From a virus (Duplodnaviria; Caudoviricetes): a stretch of DNA of 57,786 nucleotides. The notes under the pieces are model-generated. The model worked only from the letters and a program-made list of their open reading frames with translations, was not told the DNA's origin and did not search any database. The position numbers and the translations under genes are program-made. Positions within the stretch are counted from its first letter, which is position 1; each line of letters starts with the position of its first letter. Below, piece after piece: positions 46,575 through 56,180 of the stretch. The stretch is from the IMG/VR virus record IMGVR_UViG_3300020045_013637, positions 1 to 57,786 of that record; one strand, given 5' to 3'.

Positions 46575-47666
46575 GTGTCCGTAACAGTCAATTACGATTA
46601 TAGCGCATACGGAACACTTGATGCTTTGTTGTTTGAGGCATGGAAGCGTGCCGGAATTGACCCTAAATTAGCGGATCCTGAAGTTATTCGATCTGCTAAG
46701 TACTCTGCTGCTTACGAACTTATTAATATCCCTAGTCTGACTCAAAACCTTTGGTTACGTCAAAAGCAAATGATTGGAATTGTGGCAGCACAACCTACCT
46801 ATGTGCTGCCTTCTAATACTATTCAAATATCAGATGTGATTGCAACAAATCCTCAACTTGTTCCTGCTATGGGGACTGCATCTTCAAATAAAGATGTAGA
46901 AGCCGGGACTAGTCCGGCTAATTGCTTTAATTCATCTTCTGTTGCCGGTTGTATTCAGACGGAACCGGATGGGAGTATTGCTTATGACTATGGATTAAAT
47001 AACGATCAATTTGTTAATTTTGTCAATGTTACCTCTTTAAATGAGGCAACCTATACTCTTTCGATTGAGTACACGCTTTCTGATCCTGCAGATAACATTT
47101 GGAAAACGGCTTATGTTTCACCTCCTATAGACTTTATACCTTTACAACCTCAATGGTTTGTCCTGGAAAACTCTATGGTGGCACGTGCATGGCGCATAAC
47201 AGAGATCAATGGAGAAACGCTTCAAATTCAATATATAAACTTTCTGCAACCATCAACCGGTGGAAGCGTTGCAACTGACCGTTGGTTAACGGCTCAAAGT
47301 CAAACTATTTATATGATTGAGCCAAACAAGGGACAAATTGGTATTCCTTCTTGGTATTATTTTGATCTTATTAATCCCCCCACCATCACTCTTTGGAATT
47401 CTCCCGATGGGACGACTTATACAAACCTGATGTACGTGCAGACAAGATTACCGGCATCTCCAGAAGAAATGTATCAGCAGTTAGACCTTGCTCCCTCTTT
47501 CTATGATGCATTTGCGTCAGGGGTGGCGGCTAGAATTGCTCAAAAAGATAATCCGGCTAAGGTGGAAATGCTTCAAAACGATGCAGCTCGACTTTATCAA
47601 GTTGCGGGTGTGGCGAATATTCAACCGGTGGTTATTGATTTTACCGGTAGACGGAGAGGATATTAA
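46575..47666 (+). CDS. Head-tail adaptor / tail tubular A-like protein
   Basis: EAWKRAG..RSAKYS..NLW, TYVLP, PNKGQIGIPSWYY, ITLW..PD, AFASGVA. Confidence 0.65.
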   Translation: MSVTVNYDYSAYGTLDALLFEAWKRAGIDPKLADPEVIRSAKYSAAYELINIPSLTQNLWLRQKQMIGIVAAQPTYVLPSNTIQISDVIATNPQLVPAMGTASSNKDVEAGTSPANCFNSSSVAGCIQTEPDGSIAYDYGLNNDQFVNFVNVTSLNEATYTLSIEYTLSDPADNIWKTAYVSPPIDFIPLQPQWFVLENSMVARAWRITEINGETLQIQYINFLQPSTGGSVATDRWLTAQSQTIYMIEPNKGQIGIPSWYYFDLINPPTITLWNSPDGTTYTNLMYVQTRLPASPEEMYQQLDLAPSFYDAFASGVAARIAQKDNPAKVEMLQNDAARLYQVAGVANIQPVVIDFTGRRRGY

Positions 47667-47667
47667 A

Positions 47668-48018
47668 ATGAGATGTGGCCCCAATGCAAATACATTTATT
47701 TCTTTTGATCGTCCTCGGGCTCTTGGACTATGCGATCGAAGCGGGATGTTTTTTCGTCATGAAGATCTTAGGAAACAAATGGCCTTCAGAGGAAATGATT
47801 TAGTGTGGACAGGATTGATGGTCTACAAAGATTATTTGGATATTCCAAACGCTCAAGGTTTGACTCCTATCCTAAATCCAAATCTCATTCCTTGTGAAAA
47901 CCCACGTCCTAACACGCAATATAACAATGGGGAATGGTGGCCAAATCCGGAGACAACACCGCTCGTTAGTCCTAACACCCCTTATGAACCTTTGGAACCG
48001 AATATACCGTGGACTTGA
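47668..48018 (+). CDS. Conserved phage tail-region protein
   Basis: ATG 47668 after GAGGA; ALGLCDRSG...LRKQ...TGLMV...D.PN.Q...NPRP. Confidence 0.65.
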   Translation: MRCGPNANTFISFDRPRALGLCDRSGMFFRHEDLRKQMAFRGNDLVWTGLMVYKDYLDIPNAQGLTPILNPNLIPCENPRPNTQYNNGEWWPNPETTPLVSPNTPYEPLEPNIPWT

Positions 48019-48071
48019 TTGAAGTAAGAAGAAATATTGTATTTTAAAAATTTTAAAGAAGGATAAATATC

Positions 48072-50282
48072 ATGGCTTTTGCACCTGACGACTCAAATTA
48101 CCTTTTAACGGCCGCTGATTCTGATTTAACGAATTATCATGTTATGACAGCCGGTTTAGGATTGATTTTTACACCGGGGCCTTCTCAGGGAAATTCTGTT
48201 GCTGCAGTAACCGGAAACTTAGCACTTTTAGCAAATGCAACGACTTCAGGTTATTTTGTCTATGATCAGGCCGGAAATTTTCTTAGAAGTCGAACATTTC
48301 AGTCAACTGCAACAATTACAGTTGTGAATGGTTCAGGTGTTAGTGGAGATACAACATTCTCAACTGTAGCCGGTGCTAGTAACCAAAAAGTTGGACTCCA
48401 AATTGAGGGAGATATCATCGGTATAAGAAAAACACTGAACTTTATTGGTGCCGGCGGAATTTCTGTTACTGCTGTTGATAATGACGGGAATGATAGAGTT
48501 GACATATCTGTTACGGCGGGAGGTTCCGGAGGTTCAGCCCCTGATGATGCTGTGTATTATCTTGGGACTGCAAATGTTGGATTACCGGAAGCTTATGCGC
48601 TTGATGACTTGAACTATAGCGGCGAGGATCAAGGGGTTCTTCTTTCAAACTCAGATGGTAGTCCGGCTCTTTTACCCCTTATAAAAGATACAACGCCCTA
48701 TATGTTGGCAATAATAGACGATGTTTTTGTCTGTCGTTCTTTACCTTTAAGTGCAAGTTTAGGGGGTAGCGGGGTGGATGAGATTCAGAAAGGCGGTATG
48801 CTTTATGCTGCAGATAATATTCCCGCACAGACAAATATAATGTCTGTGCTTGTTAACCCCGCCGGTAAGGCATATCTCTATTTTAATGAGGGATCTGAAC
48901 TACCGGTGTGGAATGAAAATCCTTTAGCTATTTCTCTTGGTGGAACAGGAATTGCGACCTTACCGCAAAAAGGCGAAATTTTAGCATCTGCTGTTGATGA
49001 TGCGTATGCACTTATTCCACCTTCAGTACCAAATCCGGGTGATGTTTTTGTCCTAATACAGGATGAAAACTTAGCTTTTGGATGGGTTTTGCTTCCTGAA
49101 AGCTCAAGCGGTACTGTTACCAGTGTAACTGTTACTTCTGCTAATCCTGATGCCGGGGATATACATAATGCCGGTTTCACATGTAGTCAGAATCCGATAA
49201 CAACGGCTGCTACATTGCATATTAGGTTAGGAACACAAGTCCTTTATAACCCCGGCGATCTAAATATATTAATTGGAGGTGGGCCATTTGGAGATGGTAA
49301 TCTACTCGCGAATGGCCAACGTGTTATAGCTATTACCCCATCAGAACTTCCGTTACTAGGTACTAATCCTGGTGAAGCGTATGACGCTGTCATTATTGGT
49401 GTGGATACTCACGAAAATCTAGTCACTGCGAATAATTTTGTTTCTCTTGGTACTCGTCTTGGTCAATCGTCACTTCAAGTAGAAAGATCCGTATTAGTTG
49501 GAAGTTATATTGGTGACTCCGTATTAAATATAGATGATTGTACTTTAATAGGCTCTGATATTTGTAGACAGGGTCTTACCATAGATAAAATGACTGTAAT
49601 CGGAAGTGGGGCAGCTCAAAATGCTCAAGGTTCATTAGTTGATAGTTGTATCTTTGGGTATCAAGCCGGATACCATGCAACCGGGACTGTGCAGGGGTTT
49701 ACTAGTAGTACAATTATTGGAGTGGGTGCAGCACCAAATAACCAAACTTATGCTTATAACACTTTGTTGGGATATCAAACGGATTGTACCGGAGGAGCTA
49801 CGAATTCTACCGCAATTGGAGCAAATGCGACTGTTCAGTTAGAAAATCAAGTTCAGTTAGGTAATGGTTGCTCTGTTGCCTTTGGATTGGTAAGTCCTGC
49901 TCCGACGACGCTAGCAAGTAAAATTATTCTATATGGACTTGACGGGACTGCTAATGCCCATACGCAGATTGTCGGCCCTACTGATATTTCTTCAGGTCAG
50001 ATTGCTACAAATAGCGTTGATTCTTCAGGGTATGGAACAATGCCGATTGGTGTAAATCCAACGGTTGATATCGCAGCAACAAATGTTTCAACGGCGGCTT
50101 TGAAACCAATGATATTTGTGAGTTGGGTAACAACTTCCGGCGCGGCAACATCCATAACAGATCATGTCCCTCTGTTTGTTGACAATGTTACTGATGGTGT
50201 TGGTTTTAGGGTAAGAGCAAATGGTACTTTAGCCGGAACTCAAGAGTTCTGTTATTGGGTCGTTCCTCAACAAGAATTATAA
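48072..50282 (+). CDS. Tail fibre / spike protein
   Basis: GGTG repeats and beta-roll-like IG..A/N..IG repeats. Confidence 0.7.
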   Translation: MAFAPDDSNYLLTAADSDLTNYHVMTAGLGLIFTPGPSQGNSVAAVTGNLALLANATTSGYFVYDQAGNFLRSRTFQSTATITVVNGSGVSGDTTFSTVAGASNQKVGLQIEGDIIGIRKTLNFIGAGGISVTAVDNDGNDRVDISVTAGGSGGSAPDDAVYYLGTANVGLPEAYALDDLNYSGEDQGVLLSNSDGSPALLPLIKDTTPYMLAIIDDVFVCRSLPLSASLGGSGVDEIQKGGMLYAADNIPAQTNIMSVLVNPAGKAYLYFNEGSELPVWNENPLAISLGGTGIATLPQKGEILASAVDDAYALIPPSVPNPGDVFVLIQDENLAFGWVLLPESSSGTVTSVTVTSANPDAGDIHNAGFTCSQNPITTAATLHIRLGTQVLYNPGDLNILIGGGPFGDGNLLANGQRVIAITPSELPLLGTNPGEAYDAVIIGVDTHENLVTANNFVSLGTRLGQSSLQVERSVLVGSYIGDSVLNIDDCTLIGSDICRQGLTIDKMTVIGSGAAQNAQGSLVDSCIFGYQAGYHATGTVQGFTSSTIIGVGAAPNNQTYAYNTLLGYQTDCTGGATNSTAIGANATVQLENQVQLGNGCSVAFGLVSPAPTTLASKIILYGLDGTANAHTQIVGPTDISSGQIATNSVDSSGYGTMPIGVNPTVDIAATNVSTAALKPMIFVSWVTTSGAATSITDHVPLFVDNVTDGVGFRVRANGTLAGTQEFCYWVVPQQEL

Positions 50283-50292
50283 AGGAACTTTA

Positions 50293-50958
50293 ATGGCATT
50301 AGTTCTCACCTATGATGTTTTGTATGATGAAGTGATCGCTTATTTAGAAAGAGCGGATGCTCGGCTTATTGCCAGAATCCCTCTTTTTATTATGCTCGCT
50401 CAACGTCGTGTTGCTACAAAACTTAAGGTACTTGGAACTAAACAGACAGAAAACGGACTCTTGACTCCGTCTGATCCTTTTTTAGATAAAGATGTTCGTT
50501 GGTTAGCGAATGAATCTTTTACAATTAGCGTGGGAACTAATTTAAATAAGAGAAAACAACTCTATCATCGTTCACAACAGTTCTGTAAAGAGTACTGGCC
50601 TGATGTGACGAAAACCGGAGAGCCTGCTTACTACACAACTGAATATAACCTATTAAAGGTGTTTTTTGTTCCTACTCCGGCATTAGCATATCCTTATGAA
50701 TCTATCTATTGGGCTACTCCTCAGTTGCTAGATGAAACATATGATTCAAATTTCTTAACTACCGGTATGCCAAGACTGCTTCTCTATGCAACACTTTGTG
50801 AAACCGCTCCTTACTTACATGATGATGATCGCGTCCCTATGTGGCAGCAATCTTATGCCGAAGAGTGTGTAACTCAAGGAATTCAGGAAGATCAACGCGT
50901 TAAGGGTGTTCATAGTGCAATAGGTAACGACGGAAGGATGCAAGCTAATGGGAATTAA
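50293..50958 (+). CDS. Adaptor / tail tubular protein-like
   Basis: TYD.L...YLER.D...IPLFIMLAQ, GEPAYY, PTP..AY, NFLT...PRLLLYATL. Confidence 0.65.
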   Translation: MALVLTYDVLYDEVIAYLERADARLIARIPLFIMLAQRRVATKLKVLGTKQTENGLLTPSDPFLDKDVRWLANESFTISVGTNLNKRKQLYHRSQQFCKEYWPDVTKTGEPAYYTTEYNLLKVFFVPTPALAYPYESIYWATPQLLDETYDSNFLTTGMPRLLLYATLCETAPYLHDDDRVPMWQQSYAEECVTQGIQEDQRVKGVHSAIGNDGRMQANGN

Positions 50959-53080
50959 TTCTTTTGGTGGTAATCCGGTTACACCGGGTCAACAACAATA
51001 TGCAGCTTATACGCTAAGTGATACGCCACTTCAGTTGAATTTTCCGAATGATTATAGTTCCGGGGTTAATCTCTTTTCTACCTATATGAATATTACCTCA
51101 ACGGCAGATGGTCAAATCATTAAGATGCCTCCCGGTACACAATCAGGAACCGGAGCTGCTGCGGATTTTATCAATATCGGAAATTTTAGTTTTCAAGTTC
51201 GGGATTATCTTGGAAGACTTCTCTTAACAATGATACCTCAATCCGAGGAACCCGGTGTTGGTGTCTCTGTTGCAAACTTCTTTCTTGTTAATAACTCTGT
51301 TGATGGGAATCAACCTCCTGCTTCTCCCATTTGGGATATGATAAATCTTGGTTCTTCTAATTCATCTGCGCAGGCTACGTATTTAGCAGGATATGGCTTA
51401 ATTGCATTAGCTGCTCCTGATGCACCGGCTCGATCTGTTCTTAATACCAATTCTCCTGTTCGAACAGAAGTAGCAAGTTTTACTGTGGATGATACTTATC
51501 GCGCTTCTGTTGTAAATGTAGAAGCTGCAGTTTATTGTTTTCTTCCTAATAATCCGGTTGAGGGTAACGGTTTTTACTTTGATCTCATTAACAATGGCTC
51601 AAACACTCTAGAGGTCGATGGAAACGGGGCAAATGTTAATGGTGTCGCGGTGATTACTTTAGCGGTAAATGATAGTATGAGAATCGTTTCGGATGGGACT
51701 CAATATTTTGCTTATAATCTAAAATCAATCAGGCATGTGGAATTCAATGTACAAAGTTATCCGGGTTTTACCGGTGGTACTCTTATTATCCCCGGTAGTG
51801 TATTAAATGAAAGTCAAGCGTTGGTTTTCACAGGACCACTTGCATCGGATGCTCTCATTTTATTAGAAAATCTTAATGGAGCATACTACATCTCTAACTA
51901 CACTGTTGGTGGCGGTTTTAGCTTCAGTGTGGCGCAGAATGATGGGGGCGTTCCAACTCCAGGAAGTACTATATATCCAATTCCTGAAGGTGGATCTCGT
52001 ATTTTCATGAATATCAGTGAAACTATTGGCGGCGGAACACCAACTCCCGGACTTATTCAAGTCCCTGATGATACTGTGATAACAGGTGTTTTTCCTTATG
52101 GTACGATGGTTAATCCTTCTATCACATTCGCAAATCCAGCAGGGGTCGGTACGGGTTTTTATTTAGACCCAGGGCCTCCTGTTAAATTGGGAGTTTCTGT
52201 TCTGAGTCAGGAATTAATGTCTTTTTCTAATTCCGGTCTGGCTCAATTAATCACCATAGAAGCACCCATGGTCGTTAATGACACTTTCACAGCGAATACT
52301 TATTTAGCAGATTCAAATGGAACTCTTGCTAATTGTGCTTTTGCTTTCACATCCTCTGTGAATACAGGTGCTTTTTATAATCCCGCAGTCGCCGGAACCT
52401 TAACACTGGCTGTGAATGGTCAAGAAATTTTTGAAGCAACTCCTAATGATTTAACAGTTACGGAACCGACAACCTTTAATTTTCCAATTACACTTACAAC
52501 GCCTCTAGATATGACAAGTGGAGGAACCGGGACAGCTACAGCACCAACGAAAGTCGGTCAATCCTTGTTTTCAGGTACTACGTCTGTAGGGAGTTGGGGT
52601 GGTTTTGCAATTCGTCAGATTGTGCCTGTTGTTGATACTACGTTTCTTGGTTTATCTAATGCTGTTACCACCCTTCCTTTGTCAGCAACCATAATCTTAA
52701 CGGCTACGAATAGTCGCGTTTTTATTATGGCTAGTATTAACTTAGCAAATACGTCTTCTGCTGATCGTCCCTTAGTTTATTTACAACAAAATTTTAATGG
52801 TGGAGGAGCTCTTAATATTTTAGAAGGGGTGGGGGGGCTTGTTACCCCAACTTTTGTAATTCAGTCAAATAATGCGTTAAATGGAGTTCCGTTGCCTTAT
52901 GCCGTTACTTATTTAACCGATATTCTGGCTGCCGGGACATATGAGTATTCATTTTCTGTTAATGCAACGGGATCTTCTTCGGCTATTTGGTACAATAGGG
53001 GTCAAGATCAAACAGGAGGAGGTACTCCGGGATTTGCGACTCCATCCACTCTTTATCTTGTTGAGATCGGTGGCTTCTGA
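50948..53080 (+). CDS. Tail fibre protein
   Basis: G/T/S-rich; PSITF..TGFY repeats; GGTG motif. Confidence 0.7.
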   Translation: MGINSFGGNPVTPGQQQYAAYTLSDTPLQLNFPNDYSSGVNLFSTYMNITSTADGQIIKMPPGTQSGTGAAADFINIGNFSFQVRDYLGRLLLTMIPQSEEPGVGVSVANFFLVNNSVDGNQPPASPIWDMINLGSSNSSAQATYLAGYGLIALAAPDAPARSVLNTNSPVRTEVASFTVDDTYRASVVNVEAAVYCFLPNNPVEGNGFYFDLINNGSNTLEVDGNGANVNGVAVITLAVNDSMRIVSDGTQYFAYNLKSIRHVEFNVQSYPGFTGGTLIIPGSVLNESQALVFTGPLASDALILLENLNGAYYISNYTVGGGFSFSVAQNDGGVPTPGSTIYPIPEGGSRIFMNISETIGGGTPTPGLIQVPDDTVITGVFPYGTMVNPSITFANPAGVGTGFYLDPGPPVKLGVSVLSQELMSFSNSGLAQLITIEAPMVVNDTFTANTYLADSNGTLANCAFAFTSSVNTGAFYNPAVAGTLTLAVNGQEIFEATPNDLTVTEPTTFNFPITLTTPLDMTSGGTGTATAPTKVGQSLFSGTTSVGSWGGFAIRQIVPVVDTTFLGLSNAVTTLPLSATIILTATNSRVFIMASINLANTSSADRPLVYLQQNFNGGGALNILEGVGGLVTPTFVIQSNNALNGVPLPYAVTYLTDILAAGTYEYSFSVNATGSSSAIWYNRGQDQTGGGTPGFATPSTLYLVEIGGF

Positions 53081-54732
53081 TGACACAGGGAAAATATATT
53101 GCTGTTCCCGTTAGAAGTCTTCCCGGTGTGGATAAAGACGGAACAACATATAACTCAGTCAATTATACTGATTCTCGTTGGACTCGATATTTTCAGAAAG
53201 TGCCTGCTAAAATTGGTGGGTATACAGCAATTTCATTAGGTTCTCAATCTGTTACCCGTAATATGTTTGATATTGATATTGCAGAAGGCGTTCAAGTTTT
53301 TTTAGGTCGAATTGCTCAAATAGCCTATTTACCGATTTCAAATCAAAGTATTGTCGCTCCGGAAGTAGATATTACCCCTGTTGGGTATGTTTCTCACCCC
53401 TCTAATTCATGGTCTATGGATCAGTTTACAGCTCAGGAAGTTTCAATTCTTCCCGGTATTATTGGAGACTATCTTATTGCAGCTGCAACAAGAAACGGAA
53501 CATCTAAGAATAGTATATATGAGGGACAGGTCTATTATACCTATGTTGGAGATACTCTTTATTCTACAAGTCAGATGTTACCTTTAATTGATCAAGCTGA
53601 TCCGTTATTGCCAAATATTATGTGTTCAGGTGGTATTCTTTGTTCCCCAACAATAGTAATGGCTTATGGTTCAAATGGGAGTTTGCAGTGGACTCAACCC
53701 GGTACTTTTGACCAATGGGGCTATGTCCCGCCTCCATCAATTCCTCCGGTTTCTTATGTTAAAAATATAGCAACTATCTCGTCTACTAAAGTAATAATCG
53801 GAAAGCTAACACCTGGTGTGACTGGTACAAGCGCATTATTCTGGACTTCTGATTCATTAGAACGTGTTACCTTTATTAATGATCCAACCACCAATCAATT
53901 GACGCCTTCTGTACAAACACTCCAAAAAGGTATTTCGATCTTATCCGGCCCCTCTTTGGTTCAGTACAACCAACTCTTTTATTGGGTTGGGAACGGTCAA
54001 TTTTATTTCTTTAATGGCATCGTCAACATTCTTCAAAACAATCTTTCAACTAATTTCTTTTTTGATAATTTAGATTATAAGTATACCGCTCGCATATGGA
54101 CATTGGTTCAACCTCGTTTTGGTGAGATATGGTTTTATTGGCCATCTGATCGTTCTCGAAATCTTCCCGGTTCTGAAAATGTTCCGGAGGGTGAATGTGA
54201 CCAAGCAACTGTCTTTGATACAATACAGAATATTTGGTACTGCACACCTATTGCCAGAACAGCAGGGGTGACGCCGTCAGATAACCCGTATCCCATCTTA
54301 TCTGATTCTGTTCTAACAAATACTTTGTTGAATAATGGGTTTTATGCGGGGTATCCGGTATGGCAGCATGATACGGGTCTTAATAAGAAAATCAATAATG
54401 AGGAAACTCCTATTGAGGCTTATTTTGATACCCATATCATGGATTTGTTTTCTCAAAACCCGGAACAAAATATTCTTATCCGTTCAAGGCGTCTTCAGCC
54501 AAATTTCCTTCAACAAGGCCCAATGGAGGTTACGTTGTCTACTCGGATGTTTCCTGCTGATGAACCACAAATTGACGGGCCCTATACCTTCTTACCGACT
54601 ACCCCTAAAATTGATCTTGAAACGCAGCAAGGAGCACTCCTTAGCTTTCGATTTAGAACTAATGTTTTGGATGGATATTTTAGATTAGGTAAAACAATTT
54701 TTGAATATTTACCGGGGGATAGTGTCCGATGA
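53080..54732 (+). CDS. Tail nozzle / P22 gp10-like stabilisation protein
   Basis: PAKIGGY, YWVG..QFY.FNG.V, RFGEIWFYWPS, RTAG, WQHDTG, RLQPNF. Confidence 0.7.
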   Translation: MTQGKYIAVPVRSLPGVDKDGTTYNSVNYTDSRWTRYFQKVPAKIGGYTAISLGSQSVTRNMFDIDIAEGVQVFLGRIAQIAYLPISNQSIVAPEVDITPVGYVSHPSNSWSMDQFTAQEVSILPGIIGDYLIAAATRNGTSKNSIYEGQVYYTYVGDTLYSTSQMLPLIDQADPLLPNIMCSGGILCSPTIVMAYGSNGSLQWTQPGTFDQWGYVPPPSIPPVSYVKNIATISSTKVIIGKLTPGVTGTSALFWTSDSLERVTFINDPTTNQLTPSVQTLQKGISILSGPSLVQYNQLFYWVGNGQFYFFNGIVNILQNNLSTNFFFDNLDYKYTARIWTLVQPRFGEIWFYWPSDRSRNLPGSENVPEGECDQATVFDTIQNIWYCTPIARTAGVTPSDNPYPILSDSVLTNTLLNNGFYAGYPVWQHDTGLNKKINNEETPIEAYFDTHIMDLFSQNPEQNILIRSRRLQPNFLQQGPMEVTLSTRMFPADEPQIDGPYTFLPTTPKIDLETQQGALLSFRFRTNVLDGYFRLGKTIFEYLPGDSVR

Positions 54733-54983
54733 CAAATTATGTAGTCTATCCAAAGGGTATTAAGTTCCAAGATTGGGCATCTCAAATCAGGGATACAATT
54801 ACAACTGTTGATTTTCCAATCCCTTTACCCGGGGTGATTTGGCGTGATTGGGCCTATCAACTTTTTATTGCGAATCCAAATAAAATGTCTGGTGTCCCGC
54901 ATCCAAACGAGAGTTTGTTTCCTCTTGAATCTGATTGGAGTAAATGGGCATCGTTCTTCGTTTTTAATCTTACAACTGAATAA
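54729..54983 (+). CDS. Small Trp-rich tail-region protein
   Basis: FQDWAS..WRDWA..P.P...WSKWA. Confidence 0.6.
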   Translation: MTNYVVYPKGIKFQDWASQIRDTITTVDFPIPLPGVIWRDWAYQLFIANPNKMSGVPHPNESLFPLESDWSKWASFFVFNLTTE

Positions 54984-54995
54984 GGAGTGTAAAAA

Positions 54996-56156
54996 ATGGG
55001 TTATAATTCATATATGCCGATGAGTGGATCGATGACTGGTTACCAAACGCAACCATCAGATCTTCCACCAATCAATTCTCCAGCCGGATTATCTTCAAGT
55101 TATAATCCAACTTCTTCTATGGCTCCTTCTATGCCTCCCACAACATTACCAAACTTAGATATTCCCGCTATGTCTCATGGGGGTGGTATTGGTGGAATGA
55201 TTGGAGGGCTTTTACCGGAGCTTGCCGGATTGGCTTTTAATAGAGGGGGTAAAGTTCCACGGGGGCTCATTGCTGTTCATATGAATCCTCAAGAACTTGA
55301 TGTTCTTGATCATTTACAAGGGCATAGAAAACATGCTCCGGATCACAATAGAATGTATCCGGATCTAGAGGGCGTTTTCAGAAATGTCCATATTAAATCA
55401 GGAATGATAGACCACGCAAAACAACATTATGCCTCGGGGGGACATGTTGGACATATGAGTCCTATATCTGCTTCAAATGGTATTCATGGTGACACTCAAA
55501 TTGCATATATTGGGCCACATATGCGCCAAGTCTTTAATGAGGCGGTTGGACATAAATATGATCGTAATCCTTATGACGGACATCCTCAATATTACGGGCT
55601 AGGTGACTTTTTTAATTCGATTGGGAGTGGTCTAAAGAGTGCCTGGAACACAATCTCTCCCTATGCGGGAACCGTTGGACGTGCGTTATTACCGGCTGCA
55701 TCACATGCAATTGGTCAAGCTGTTAATACATATGCGCCTGGAATGGGGACTGTAGCAACCGGGATGGCTAATCATCTTGGTGGTAATCTATTAGATAAAC
55801 TCACACCACAAGGCCCTCAAACAGAATTCCAACAAAATGCAAATAATGCAATTCAAGGAGGAATCAATAATTATATGGGTTCTCGTCAATCAGGTGCGCC
55901 AATGAATAACATTGGGGATTTTGGCCGTGCTGTTGCCGGTTCCGGTGGGATTGGTGGAGCGGCTAAAACAGCAGCGAATCTTGGATCATCTTTTTTAAGG
56001 TCTAATCCCCAATTAGCTCCGTCTTCAAGCGCAAACCCACTTTTACAGATGGGGCATCGATTAGCGAGTCAGTATAATAATCAGGTTAATGCTATCCCTC
56101 AAACACCTAGTCCGCAATCTACGGGATATCAACCTCAACAACCTGCGCTGGATTAA
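54996..56156 (+). CDS. Putative ejection protein
   Basis: VHMNPQEL, GDTQIAYI, NPYDGHPQY and GG motifs. Confidence 0.65.
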   Translation: MGYNSYMPMSGSMTGYQTQPSDLPPINSPAGLSSSYNPTSSMAPSMPPTTLPNLDIPAMSHGGGIGGMIGGLLPELAGLAFNRGGKVPRGLIAVHMNPQELDVLDHLQGHRKHAPDHNRMYPDLEGVFRNVHIKSGMIDHAKQHYASGGHVGHMSPISASNGIHGDTQIAYIGPHMRQVFNEAVGHKYDRNPYDGHPQYYGLGDFFNSIGSGLKSAWNTISPYAGTVGRALLPAASHAIGQAVNTYAPGMGTVATGMANHLGGNLLDKLTPQGPQTEFQQNANNAIQGGINNYMGSRQSGAPMNNIGDFGRAVAGSGGIGGAAKTAANLGSSFLRSNPQLAPSSSANPLLQMGHRLASQYNNQVNAIPQTPSPQSTGYQPQQPALD

Positions 56157-56180
56157 TTAATAACCTGAAAGGATCAAGAT

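Noticed and set aside
48072-53080. Diversity-generating retroelement or invertible tail-fibre cassette
   Set aside because: No reverse transcriptase or invertase recognised, and no template/variable repeat pair seen
1207-54785. Many 60-120-aa ORFs nested in or antisense to long genes (e.g. 1207, 5355, 12681, 38516, 45987, 54335)
   Set aside because: They overlap well-supported genes and lack RBS or motifs; treated as shadow ORFs
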